Translations under genes and position numbers: made by a program
Notes under the pieces: generated by a model
The model's database searches: none
Told to the model about the DNA's origin: nothing
Seen by the model: only the letters and a program-made list of their open reading frames with translations
Shown: positions 18,925-28,046 of the stretch, in pieces
Position numbering within the stretch: position 1 is the first letter of the stretch
Layout: each line of letters starts with the position of its first letter
NCBI GenBank assembly: GCA_964464375.1
Contig: CAYXFU010000016.1
Coordinates: forward strand, 15,074 to 79,073
Direction: 5' to 3'
Origin: an uncultured Hyphomicrobiales bacterium
Lineage (GTDB): Bacteria; Bacteroidota; Ignavibacteria; Kapaibacteriales; UBA2268
Length of the DNA stretch: 64,000 nucleotides

Positions 18925-19581
18925 ATGAAAAAGATATATTTATACATATCTATATTCGCTTTGGTACTGTCTATGTTATTATCCGGTTGCAAAAAGGATA
19001 GTACACCTGTAGATCCAAATGTGGTTACAACTATTCCATCAATTCAAAGTTTATCTGCTGATAAGCTAGTGATAATGTATGGCAATGAGGATCATGCAAT
19101 CATCACATGCAATGCAAGCGGTGGAAATCTGAAATATACATGGGAAGTAGATCTGGGAGATATTATACCCCAAAATACTGACCGATCAAAAGTTAGTTAC
19201 ACAGGAGCCGCATGTTGTGTCGGAGAAAAGACAATAAATTGTACAGTATCTAACGATAAGGGTAGTGCAAGCAAGACAATTATTATTACTATACTGGAAA
19301 ACATTATTGTTCCGGATATTATTTCGATTGGAGTAGATAAAACTGAAATCAAGGCTGATGGCGTTGATGCCGCCAATCTTGTTTGTTATGCTATAGGTGG
19401 AAAACTCAATTACAAATGGGAAACAGATTGCGGCAACCTGACACCTGTTCCTGACGATAGCACTAGAATTACATTCACAGCTACAAATCAATGTATAGGT
19501 GATAAAACAATAAAGTGTACCGTCAGCAATGAAAAAGGGAATGTTTCCAAAACACAGGTTATCACAGTAGTTGCTAAGTAG
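18925..19581 (+). CDS. Lipoprotein with two tandem Ig/PKD-like repeats containing conserved Cys
   Basis: lipobox LLSGC; internal repeats ITCNASGGNLKYTWEVD../LVCYAIGGKLNYKWETD.. Confidence 0.5.
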   Translation: MKKIYLYISIFALVLSMLLSGCKKDSTPVDPNVVTTIPSIQSLSADKLVIMYGNEDHAIITCNASGGNLKYTWEVDLGDIIPQNTDRSKVSYTGAACCVGEKTINCTVSNDKGSASKTIIITILENIIVPDIISIGVDKTEIKADGVDAANLVCYAIGGKLNYKWETDCGNLTPVPDDSTRITFTATNQCIGDKTIKCTVSNEKGNVSKTQVITVVAK

Positions 19582-19653
19582 GTTTAGTCCATAAATTTAT
19601 TAAAACACACTTTGTCATACTTTCGCGTGCGACAGTGTAAAAACTACGATTAT

Positions 19654-19767
19654 GTCATTCTGAGGGAGCGAAGCGACCGTGAGTTCCGGAGGACTGCGAA
19701 GCACATCCAGTCTGTTTTTTTACTGTAAAAGACAAATACATGGATTCTTCACTTCGTTCAGAATGAC
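19654..19767. repeat. 114-nt GTCATTC...GAATGAC hairpin repeat (family A)
   Basis: gtcattctgagggagcgaagcgaccgtgag...cacttcgttcagaatgac. Confidence 0.65.
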
Positions 19768-19790
19768 GTCAACAATTGACTTTTTTATCC
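19768..19790 (+). terminator. Hairpin gtcaacaattgac + T6, intrinsic terminator after the 18925 gene
   Basis: stem-loop followed by T-tract. Confidence 0.5.
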
Positions 19791-19873
19791 AGTTCTTTCA
19801 CAGGAATGACAAAAAATATACTAGACACAAACTAAATTAACAAAAATTTGAAATATCAAAAGTACTCAATATC

Positions 19874-21142
19874 ATGAAATCAAAATTAAGGATATTAACC
19901 TTGCTATTCTATACATTTGCTCTTATTGTAATATCAAACACTGATGCTATGGCTCAGTGCTGCGCTGCAGGAAACCCCTCCAGCACAAACTGTTCATTCG
20001 ATCAAGGTGGCAAGAATAGTCTTCAGATAAGCTATTTCCACATGTACTCTTCGTCAGACGTATATTATGAAGGTGTAAATCAATCAAACTATAAATATGC
20101 CACAAGTGATTTCAACTTCTCATCGCTTGCTTTATCTTATGGAATAACTAATGATCTTAGATTGACTGCTGATCTGGGATATTTCTTGAATAAAAGCCAG
20201 ACTTTCACTAATGGTTACAATCGCCAGACTTCAGGATTGTCCGATGCGACTTTTGGAATAAGTTACCAAACTTACATAAGTTCAGACAAATTATTCGATA
20301 TAACGCAGTCATTAAGATTTACGGTACCCGTAGGACAGTTCAATCAGGAATATGAAGGAGTTATCCTTCCTATTGATTTTCAGCCATCATCGGGAAATTT
20401 CAAATATAATCTTGGATTAGTTCTATCCAAAAGATTTAACGGAAGTCCATTTTCACTGGTTTCTGTCAATTCTATGGAAGTTTCACAATTCATAGAGACA
20501 GAAAATTCCAGATATAAATATGGAAATCTATATAATGTATCATTGATTGGAAGGTATGCTTTTGAGTTTGGGCTGACTGCCTCTCTACAGATGCGTTTCG
20601 AGGTTAGAGAGAAAGCATTGAACGGACCGAAATCTCAGGACAATACATTCAATTACATCAATGCTTCAGGAGGTGTTGTTGCGTTTATATCTCCACAATT
20701 ATCATATAATTTTTACAAGGATTTTGGTTTCACACTTCAGTACAATCATCCCCTTTATAAGAATGTAAACGGACTTCAGCTTACAAATAAATATTCGATA
20801 TCAGCAGGTTTGTCCAAAAGTTTTAACTTTTCCTCAGATGAAGAGCCAATCGCTGAAATCGAGCGGGATGCATCTTTGTCAAAATTATCGATAAATGTAA
20901 GCGGTAACTGCGAGATGTGCAAAGCAAGGATTGAAGAAACTGTCAACGAAATAAGCAATGTATCTTCATCAGACTGGAACTCCGATACTAAGGAATTGAT
21001 AGTATATTATAAAGATAACAAGCCCGATGTCGATAAAATAGAACAAGCTCTTGCGTCAGTTGGACACGACACAGAAAAGTATAAAGCCAAACTTGAGGTT
21101 TATGAAAAACTCCCTAAATGCTGTCTATATAGGAACAAATAA
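19874..21142 (+). CDS. Outer-membrane beta-barrel (transporter/porin-like) with C-terminal heavy-metal-associated (HMA)-like domain
   Basis: signal peptide; alternating barrel-like body; C-terminus LSINVSGNCEMCKARIEETV..ALASVGHDT resembles the GMxCxxC ferredoxin-like HMA fold. Confidence 0.5.
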   Translation: MKSKLRILTLLFYTFALIVISNTDAMAQCCAAGNPSSTNCSFDQGGKNSLQISYFHMYSSSDVYYEGVNQSNYKYATSDFNFSSLALSYGITNDLRLTADLGYFLNKSQTFTNGYNRQTSGLSDATFGISYQTYISSDKLFDITQSLRFTVPVGQFNQEYEGVILPIDFQPSSGNFKYNLGLVLSKRFNGSPFSLVSVNSMEVSQFIETENSRYKYGNLYNVSLIGRYAFEFGLTASLQMRFEVREKALNGPKSQDNTFNYINASGGVVAFISPQLSYNFYKDFGFTLQYNHPLYKNVNGLQLTNKYSISAGLSKSFNFSSDEEPIAEIERDASLSKLSINVSGNCEMCKARIEETVNEISNVSSSDWNSDTKELIVYYKDNKPDVDKIEQALASVGHDTEKYKAKLEVYEKLPKCCLYRNK

Positions 21143-21179
21143 CAAAACAATGTTATCCAAGTGAATATCTATAGTTAAA

Positions 21180-21211
21180 GGGTTGTCTCAAAACTGGGAC
21201 AACCTTTTTGT
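21180..21211 (+). terminator. Hairpin ggttgtctcaaaactgggacaacc + T5
   Basis: stem-loop followed by T-tract. Confidence 0.65.
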
Positions 21212-21397
21212 TATTCATTAAGGTCACTTTTTTTTGATATATTAAAAATTGTGAAACATTTTTCTAATTTATCCGTAAATCGAATTGAATTAACAATTAG
21301 TAGTATAAAAATTAATTAATATATAGAATAATTTTTACCAATCATAAATCCTTAGATAACAGAGTATTTTATTAACAAACTAAAAGGAAAGACAGAT

Positions 21398-22933
21398 ATG
21401 AAGCAGAACGCTTTAAAATCCGCCGGATTTATTGCATTGGGCAGTATAGCATTGGTGATGCTTGTGCTTAGCCTAAGTCCGAGTTTTATGACAAAAGTAT
21501 TTGCAGAAGACATAGGGGCGAAACAACCTCCAGTCAAGATGAATGAACATGTACGAGCTTTGAATAATGCTTTTGAAGAAGTAAGCAAGGCAGTCGTGCC
21601 TTCAGTCGTGAGCATTAGTGTGGTCATTGAAAACAAGGGAATGAAAAACCAGATGCACGATGAATTCAGAGACTTTTTCAAATTCTTTGGACAGCCCAAT
21701 CCCGATGATAACCAGCAGGAAAATCAGGCTCCACAGGAAAGTGAAGCTAGCGGTTCAGGTGTTATTGTTACAGAGAACGGTTATATTGTAACTAATTATC
21801 ATGTTATTGAAAACGCAAAAGAGATTAAGGTTACAACCAATGATAAAAAAGAACACAAGGCAAAGTTAATAGGAACCGATCCATTGACAGATCTTGCTGT
21901 TATTAAGATAGAAGGCAGCGGTTTCCCGATGGCATATATAGGCAATATCGAAGATGTGAAGATCGGCGAATGGGTGCTGGCAGTTGGCAATCCATTAGGA
22001 TTAAATTCAACTGTGACAGCCGGCATAGTAAGCGCAATAGGCAGAGGCGGATTATCTATATTAAGAGACAGAGGACCTTCGGCTGTGGAGAATTTCATTC
22101 AGACTGATGCTGCTATCAATCCAGGAAACAGCGGTGGTGGTTTGTTCAATCTTGAAGGATCGCTAGTTGGTATCAATACAGCTATTGCAACTAGAACCGG
22201 TTCATATATCGGTTATGGTTTTGCTATTCCGATTGACTTAGTTAAATCCGTCATAACGGACCTTATTCAGAACGGTAAAATCAGCCGCGGACAAATTGGT
22301 GTTATGATACGCAGTGTGGACGAACTTATGGCTAAATCACTCGGATTGAATGATGTCGCAGGAGTTCTTGTAAATGATGTCATCAAGAACAGTGCCGCAG
22401 ACAAAGCCGGAATCGAATCCGGTGACGTTATACTTGAGCTTGACGGAAAAACTCTTTCTACATCGAATGAATTACAGAGTATTGTTGCAAAAAAGAAAGC
22501 CGGCGATAACGTAAACATGGTAATCTGGAGAGACGGTAAGAAAATCAATAAACAAGTTAAGTTGCAACCAAGAGAAACGAAGGATGATATTGCATCTAAA
22601 GAGGCTTCAAAGGGCGATGATGAAGACATGACAGATAATGCTAACTCTCTGAACTTCGATAAGCTTGGGTTCACTGTGAAACCTCTGACAGCAGACGATA
22701 AGGATAATTATGATGTACAGAATGGTGTAATCATTTCGAAAGTTGACAGAAATGGTGAAGCAATTAAAAGAGGCATAGTACCTAATGGTATTATTATTAA
22801 AGCAGACAGAACAAAGATAACATCAATGAAAGAGTTGAAAAAGGTTCTTTCGGAGAAGAAATCGGGCGATGCTGTAATGCTCCAAATAAAGTACAAAGAC
22901 TCAAATAGAATTGTGGCATTGGAAATTCCATAA
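21398..22933 (+). CDS. htrA: Periplasmic serine endoprotease, Do/HtrA family, with two PDZ domains
   Basis: catalytic H..D..GNSGGGLFN serine motif; two PDZ-like C-terminal domains. Confidence 0.85.
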   Translation: MKQNALKSAGFIALGSIALVMLVLSLSPSFMTKVFAEDIGAKQPPVKMNEHVRALNNAFEEVSKAVVPSVVSISVVIENKGMKNQMHDEFRDFFKFFGQPNPDDNQQENQAPQESEASGSGVIVTENGYIVTNYHVIENAKEIKVTTNDKKEHKAKLIGTDPLTDLAVIKIEGSGFPMAYIGNIEDVKIGEWVLAVGNPLGLNSTVTAGIVSAIGRGGLSILRDRGPSAVENFIQTDAAINPGNSGGGLFNLEGSLVGINTAIATRTGSYIGYGFAIPIDLVKSVITDLIQNGKISRGQIGVMIRSVDELMAKSLGLNDVAGVLVNDVIKNSAADKAGIESGDVILELDGKTLSTSNELQSIVAKKKAGDNVNMVIWRDGKKINKQVKLQPRETKDDIASKEASKGDDEDMTDNANSLNFDKLGFTVKPLTADDKDNYDVQNGVIISKVDRNGEAIKRGIVPNGIIIKADRTKITSMKELKKVLSEKKSGDAVMLQIKYKDSNRIVALEIP

Positions 22934-22968
22934 GCAAGGTTCTAAGCAAAGATAAGAAAAAGATTTCA

Positions 22969-22999
22969 GATGTCCAACACCTTGAAGGTGTTGGACATC
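22969..22999. terminator. Hairpin gatgtccaacacc..ggtgttggacatc downstream of htrA
   Basis: 13-bp perfect stem; weak T-tract. Confidence 0.45.
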
Positions 23000-23008
23000 T
23001 TATCTACT

Positions 23009-23190
23009 CTAAAGCTTCACAAACTTCCCGACTCTCTCCCCAATCCTCAAAAAATACATACCCGGAGCTAAGCCTGAAACATCGACTCGTTTGGGCAATT
23101 CATGAATTGCCCCTACAGACAATACAGTTTGACCATAAACATTGATTATTTTGTAAGGGCGAACGGCCGTTCGCCCCTACGAAAATTTGT
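23009..23190 (-). pseudogene. Decayed tandem copy of the CTD 3' end of the adjacent 23361..24602 gene (..VGANGRSPLQ, frameshift, NVYGQTVLSVGAIHELPKRVDVSGLAPGMYFLRIGERVGKFVKL*)
   Basis: two-frame translation; no start codon or gene body; contains palindrome 23153..23180. Confidence 0.6.
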
Positions 23191-23264
23191 TTAGATTTAT
23201 TTTCCGTTTTCTACACACAGGTCGCTACTCCGTAGCTGAATACAAAGTACATCTATTGAACGTT

Positions 23265-23288
23265 GTCATACCTGCGTATGCAGGTATC
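23265..23288. repeat. Small hairpin of the repeat superfamily (gtcatacctgcgtatgcaggtatc)
   Basis: palindrome with GTCAT terminus. Confidence 0.45.
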
Positions 23289-23360
23289 TTTTTCCTTTGT
23301 TTGAATTGTATTCATCATGCCTTTAATCCCATAAATCCCATAAATCCCAGTTCAGACAAT

Positions 23361-24602
23361 TTATAACTTCACGAATTTACCGACTCGATCCCCAATCCTC
23401 ACAAAATACATCCCCGGAGCTAAACCGGAAATGTCTATCCGTAGGGGTAATTCATGAATTTCCCCAACAGACAATACAGTTTGACCATAAACATTGAAGA
23501 TTTTGAATTCGCTTTGTTCGGACACGGCACGCCGTGTCCCTACGGATATTTCAATGAAATCGGATGCGGGATTGGGAGAAATAGAAAAATTAAAGTCGTT
23601 AATTGTTTCTTGAATACCAGTTATACTTTTTAAACTGATTAGACTTATATATTCAGAATTACTTATAACTAAATAATTGCTATCTGATGTAAACTTAGCA
23701 TATAAAGCTCTTAGACTTGTTGATGCGATAACAGTACCATCATTAATATCCCATATTAAAATAGGATCTAAACTCCAAAATACACCTGCAACAATAAATC
23801 TATTATTAGGTGATACAGATAATGAATATACTGCGCTACTTGTTTTGATATTTCTTAATAGAGACCTGCTCTTTGTATCACATACATTAACTCCACTTGT
23901 ATTGTTATATTTAAAATAATCGCAAACAAATTTAGAGCCGTCATTATTAAATGTAGCATAATATGATGAACCCTCGTCTTTAATTACGATGGAATCAGTT
24001 TGTAGATCGGTTAATGAGGCAGGAGTAAATCTTGTTGCTACGGCTAAATATCTATCATCTTTAGAAAATTCGATAAAATTGGGTTGTTGTCTTTCCATCC
24101 ATTCACCTATCAAGCATGGATATTGTTTATAGATTTCATCAGTTTGGAAATTTCTTATAATTACGCCTTTCTCCATTAAAGAATAAGCTAAATACTTATT
24201 ATCATGGGAGAGCGCAGCATAAAATGATCCACTAGATAAATTAACCTTTATTTCTTTAACTAAAACCCATGTTTTCGTATCCCAAACAGTTAATTTACCA
24301 TAGTTTCCATCATCAGAACCAGTAGCAATGAGAAATGAACCGTCATAAGAATATTTTACAGCAAATAATGTATAATCACAGACTTTTATTTGCTTGAATA
24401 TAGTTCCAGTTAAAAGATTAACAATTCTTATTGTTCCATCTTTTCCGCTTAATGAAATAAATTTATTGTCTGGTGAGACGTCGAAATAAGAAGAAATACC
24501 AAATTCATTTCTCCAAACCACACTAGAGTCAAGTGATATTTGGCTCTTTACATTTGCAATAAAGAAGATGAAGAAGAGTAGAATAAGAATGAATTGTTTC
24601 AT
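23361..24602 (-). CDS. WD40/beta-propeller-like secreted protein with T9SS CTD
   Basis: signal peptide; C-terminus SPNPASDFIEISVGTRRAVSEQ..GMYFVRIGDRVGKFVKL; in-frame palindrome ggacacggcacgccgtgtcc at 23516..23535. Confidence 0.6.
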   Translation of the reverse strand: MKQFILILLFFIFFIANVKSQISLDSSVVWRNEFGISSYFDVSPDNKFISLSGKDGTIRIVNLLTGTIFKQIKVCDYTLFAVKYSYDGSFLIATGSDDGNYGKLTVWDTKTWVLVKEIKVNLSSGSFYAALSHDNKYLAYSLMEKGVIIRNFQTDEIYKQYPCLIGEWMERQQPNFIEFSKDDRYLAVATRFTPASLTDLQTDSIVIKDEGSSYYATFNNDGSKFVCDYFKYNNTSGVNVCDTKSRSLLRNIKTSSAVYSLSVSPNNRFIVAGVFWSLDPILIWDINDGTVIASTSLRALYAKFTSDSNYLVISNSEYISLISLKSITGIQETINDFNFSISPNPASDFIEISVGTRRAVSEQSEFKIFNVYGQTVLSVGEIHELPLRIDISGLAPGMYFVRIGDRVGKFVKL

Positions 24603-24688
24603 GATACACGCTTTTCAAATTTAATTTTACTAATCTAATTTACTACTAAGACACATCAAAGTAGAAATAGTTACAATACTCCTAAACT

Positions 24689-26299
24689 TTATTTCCTCAG
24701 CCTGACAAACTGCTTTCCATTGAAAATGAAGATTCTGTTCAGAAGCGTTGAGTCTAATATATTTACAATGGCTTTGGTCGTGATTTGGGGCTTTATTTCG
24801 GTTGTTATCTTGATTGTCTGGAAGCCGTCGCGATAGGAGAGCTTCTCGTCTTTGATCACTGCACGCGAGATAGTGCCGTAAGGTACGAATCGGGCATTTG
24901 TGGCTGTGAGTTCGATTTGGCTTGGAGTTATCAGCTTATAGGTTATCTTTGTGTCCTTCTGCATTTCGATTCTCAACTGTGGCGATACCTCGATGTTACG
25001 GTTGTTCAGATAGTACCAGACAGCCTGTGTGAAACCGATTTTGTAGGTGTTGATCCTGTCAATCTTATCGGGGACTGCAAGGAAGATCATTGTGTCCTTG
25101 ACTCCCGGAGTATATTTCAGATTCGAGAGCGATGTTTGGGCAACATTCGCTGCGTTATGCCACTTGCCGGCTCGCACAGCAGTAACGGTGATAGAGAAAA
25201 TGCCTGCAATTATGATTATGAGCATAATAGCCTGATGCAGTGGTTTGCGGTAATCTATCCTGAACAGGCTGAGAGCCGAGATAATCAATCCCATTGATGC
25301 TGTGAACGAATACCACTGCCCGAACCTGGCGCATGCCGGAATGATGAATATGATGAACCAGCCTATTCCGAAGAGGAAAAGTTTCAGTTGTTTTCCTCGA
25401 AGAGTGATTAGTTTCCTGATTATCAGATAAAGTAATGAAAATGCGATTGTCCAGCCGAAAAGTGCGTAGATAAAGTTTGACCTAAGCCAAGTGACAAGAA
25501 TCTCGAACTGGTCTGCCTGTATGAAGCTGATCGGAATGTATAGAAGGAAGTTCTGAATGAATTTCCATAAGCTAATGCTCTCGAAGTTCGATGACTGGAA
25601 AGGAGTTCCGCCGATAACGAAGAATCTGTAAAGAAGCACAAACGAAACCAGAGCAAATGCTATGATGGATGCGTATAGAGCAGGTTTTATCCTTGATTTA
25701 TTTGTATCTTCTTTCAGGAGTAACAGTAATGGAAGCAGAACTGCGGCATAAGCAGGTTCCTTGCTCATGATTGAAAGCATAAACAGAAAGGCTGATGATA
25801 TTATTAGTAGTATTTTCTTTTCCGATCTTAGAAATACATGTAACGATAAAAGAAGGAACAGAGCCATGATAGTATCGGTGCGTCCAGCAATCCATGCGAC
25901 TGATAGTTCATGTGCAGGGAGAACAGTGAATATAAACGCTCCGATTCGTGCAGATATTTCCTCGAACTCCAGTTTTTGAAGGAGTTTGTAGAAAAGCCAG
26001 CAAATCGCTGAATAGATGGCGATGTTCGTGATATGATAGGGAATGGAGTTGTATTGGTAAAAGAACTTGGTCAGCGAATCCAGAGTCCAAACGACGGGAC
26101 GCCAGTATGGTCCGCCTACTTCGCGCTGGAAGAAGTTATTGAATGTCTCGAAGAATGTATGTGGCGACATCCAGCTTAATATTAAAAAGTCCTCATTGAT
26201 TATTCCGACTGAGATGTATCCTATCCATGGGATTACAGCCAGAACCAACAGGAACTTGGTGAAGAATTTTGAATTCGACCAGACTTTTTGTTCTTCCAT
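24689..26299 (-). CDS. Polytopic integral membrane protein, possibly a GT-C/PMT-like glycosyltransferase
   Basis: more than 10 predicted TM helices; family call is weak. Confidence 0.35.
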   Translation of the reverse strand: MEEQKVWSNSKFFTKFLLVLAVIPWIGYISVGIINEDFLILSWMSPHTFFETFNNFFQREVGGPYWRPVVWTLDSLTKFFYQYNSIPYHITNIAIYSAICWLFYKLLQKLEFEEISARIGAFIFTVLPAHELSVAWIAGRTDTIMALFLLLSLHVFLRSEKKILLIISSAFLFMLSIMSKEPAYAAVLLPLLLLLKEDTNKSRIKPALYASIIAFALVSFVLLYRFFVIGGTPFQSSNFESISLWKFIQNFLLYIPISFIQADQFEILVTWLRSNFIYALFGWTIAFSLLYLIIRKLITLRGKQLKLFLFGIGWFIIFIIPACARFGQWYSFTASMGLIISALSLFRIDYRKPLHQAIMLIIIIAGIFSITVTAVRAGKWHNAANVAQTSLSNLKYTPGVKDTMIFLAVPDKIDRINTYKIGFTQAVWYYLNNRNIEVSPQLRIEMQKDTKITYKLITPSQIELTATNARFVPYGTISRAVIKDEKLSYRDGFQTIKITTEIKPQITTKAIVNILDSTLLNRIFIFNGKQFVRLRK

Positions 26300-26306
26300 T
26301 TATGAA

Positions 26307-26609
26307 TTAAACCTCGTAATCGCAGGAATGTGTTACTTCGCGCACCTTGTTAAGGAATTCGACGACAGCAACATGAGCCGGATGCTTAGTATATAAATCC
26401 AGATCTTCCCAATTGTCATAATCAGCGAGAATCGAAAGATCATAAGCTCTCGGTGAATCGAGCTGATTGATTCCCACTTCGAAGCTTTTGATTGTTTCGA
26501 TTTGTGCAGGTAAAGCTCTTAGCATTGTTGCGACAAGCTGCACATTCTCGGCTTTTGATCTGCCGTCAGCTTCATCGTAGAATTTTATCATTATTATGTG
26601 TCTTATCAT
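26307..26609 (-). CDS. Dabb-family stress-responsive A/B-barrel protein
   Basis: ~100 aa; MIRHIIMIKF..HPAHVAVVEF pattern. Confidence 0.55.
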   Translation of the reverse strand: MIRHIIMIKFYDEADGRSKAENVQLVATMLRALPAQIETIKSFEVGINQLDSPRAYDLSILADYDNWEDLDLYTKHPAHVAVVEFLNKVREVTHSCDYEV

Positions 26610-26648
26610 GATATATCTTGATATATTTATTAATAGTAAAATTCATTC

Positions 26649-26790
26649 GTCATTCAGAGCGCAGCGAAGAATCCATGTATTTGTATTTTCTTGTAAAAAC
26701 AGCCTGGATTCTTCAGTCGCAGTGCCCCTTCTGAAGGACAGCGATTCCGTCATTCTGAACGAAGTGAAGAATCCATGTATTCATACTATT
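26649..26790. repeat. Composite of two family-A hairpin units; first 64 nt repeated directly at 27189..27252
   Basis: gtcattcagagcgcagcgaagaatccatgtatttgtattttcttgtaaaaacagcctggattct. Confidence 0.65.
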
Positions 26791-26828
26791 GCTAGATTCT
26801 TAGTACCGATTCCTCAAAAAGACAGCCA

Positions 26829-27116
26829 CTAATACCACTCTTCACTTAAATCATTCCAATTAGGATTATTACCTTCAATCAATTTAATTTTTTTTACTCT
26901 TGAATATCCTTTAATATGCTTTTCTCTGACAATAGCAGATTCAATATTTCCACAGTCTTCAAGGAATACTAGTTGATGAACAGAATATTTGGAAGTAAAA
27001 CCTTCAAATAAATTATTTTTATGTTCATAGACTCTTTTTAATAAATTAGATGTTACACCTGTGTAAAGTGTTCCATTTTTTTGCGAAGCCATAATATATA
27101 CAAACCCGTTTTTCAT
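26829..27116 (-). CDS. GIY-YIG nuclease-superfamily small protein
   Basis: GFVYIMASQKNGTLYTGVTSNLLKRVYEH (GIY..YIG motif), 95 aa. Confidence 0.7.
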   Translation of the reverse strand: MKNGFVYIMASQKNGTLYTGVTSNLLKRVYEHKNNLFEGFTSKYSVHQLVFLEDCGNIESAIVREKHIKGYSRVKKIKLIEGNNPNWNDLSEEWY

Positions 27117-27140
27117 TCATTTTTTTTTATTGATGATAAA

Positions 27141-27280
27141 TACATGGATTCATCAGTCGCTTCGCTCCTTCTGAATGACAGCCATTTCGTCATTCAGAGC
27201 GCAGCGAAGAATCCATGTATTTGTATTTTCCTGTAAAACAGCCTGGATTCTCACTGTCGCTCCGCTCCTTCTGAATGACA
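27141..27280. repeat. Composite family-A hairpin repeats; contains the direct copy of the 26649 segment
   Basis: sequence identity to 26649..26712. Confidence 0.65.
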
Positions 27281-27294
27281 CTTTTGAGACAACC

Positions 27295-27915
27295 TCATCC
27301 TAAATTTTGTTCGGGAATAAAATCCGAAAAATTATTACTTTGATTAACAGATTTAATTTCGGTCAGAACCTCATCGATAGAACTGAAGACCTTCCACGAT
27401 GTAACGAAAGCTTCACCCATGAATTTTTCGGAGATTGATTTCTCCATCATTCTGAGCAGGTCATCGTAGTAACCATTGAGATTTATGATGTAAACAGGTT
27501 TATCTATAATCCCGAGGAACTTCCAGGCTAATGCCTGAAGGAGCTCCTCCATAGTGCCGATACCGCCGGGAAGAGCTATGATAGCATCAGCACTGTGAAT
27601 AAGCTTTGATTCTCTGTGATGGATAGTTTCTACAACATTCAGCTCATCTAAATCCTCTCTGCCCCATTCTTTAGCTACCATGAACTCAGGAATGAAACCG
27701 ATAACCTTTCCGCTGTTCGCAAGTGCACCATCGGAGAGCCGCCCCATCAATCCAACTTTGCCGCCACCATAGATAATTCTGATATTCATCTTAGCCAGAG
27801 CAGTACCAAGTTCGAAAGCAGAATCAAGAAAAAATGGATCTACATTTTTGCTTGATGCACAAAAAACGCATATACTATTAATCATACTCTTGTTTTTATC
27901 ATTTAACCAATTCAC
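27295..27915 (-). CDS. LOG-family protein (cytokinin riboside 5'-monophosphate phosphoribohydrolase-like)
   Basis: PGGIGTMEEL and GGGKVGLMG motifs. Confidence 0.8.
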   Translation of the reverse strand: MNWLNDKNKSMINSICVFCASSKNVDPFFLDSAFELGTALAKMNIRIIYGGGKVGLMGRLSDGALANSGKVIGFIPEFMVAKEWGREDLDELNVVETIHHRESKLIHSADAIIALPGGIGTMEELLQALAWKFLGIIDKPVYIINLNGYYDDLLRMMEKSISEKFMGEAFVTSWKVFSSIDEVLTEIKSVNQSNNFSDFIPEQNLG

Positions 27916-28046
27916 AAAGTTAAGAAATTAGATAGACATTAAATAAGCAATATATCAATGAAAAAATGAAAATGACTTGAAAAGAATGAATTAATTTCTT
28001 ATTTTTAAATTCACAAATTTTTTTGTCAGAAAAATATTAATTTGTT

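Noticed and set aside
21352-21699. 115-aa minus-strand ORF overlapping the htrA start and signal peptide
   Set aside because: It is antisense to the htrA N-terminus with a hydrophobic low-complexity translation typical of reverse-strand signal-peptide regions.
22999-23190. CTD orphan copies considered as programmed silent cassettes for phase or antigenic variation
   Set aside because: The shared part is the CTD, which is proteolytically removed after secretion, so swapping it would not change the surface epitope. Copies are frameshifted or truncated without obvious invertase or recombinase genes nearby. Decay after duplication or gene conversion is the simpler reading, though recombination at the palindromes remains a listed hypothesis.
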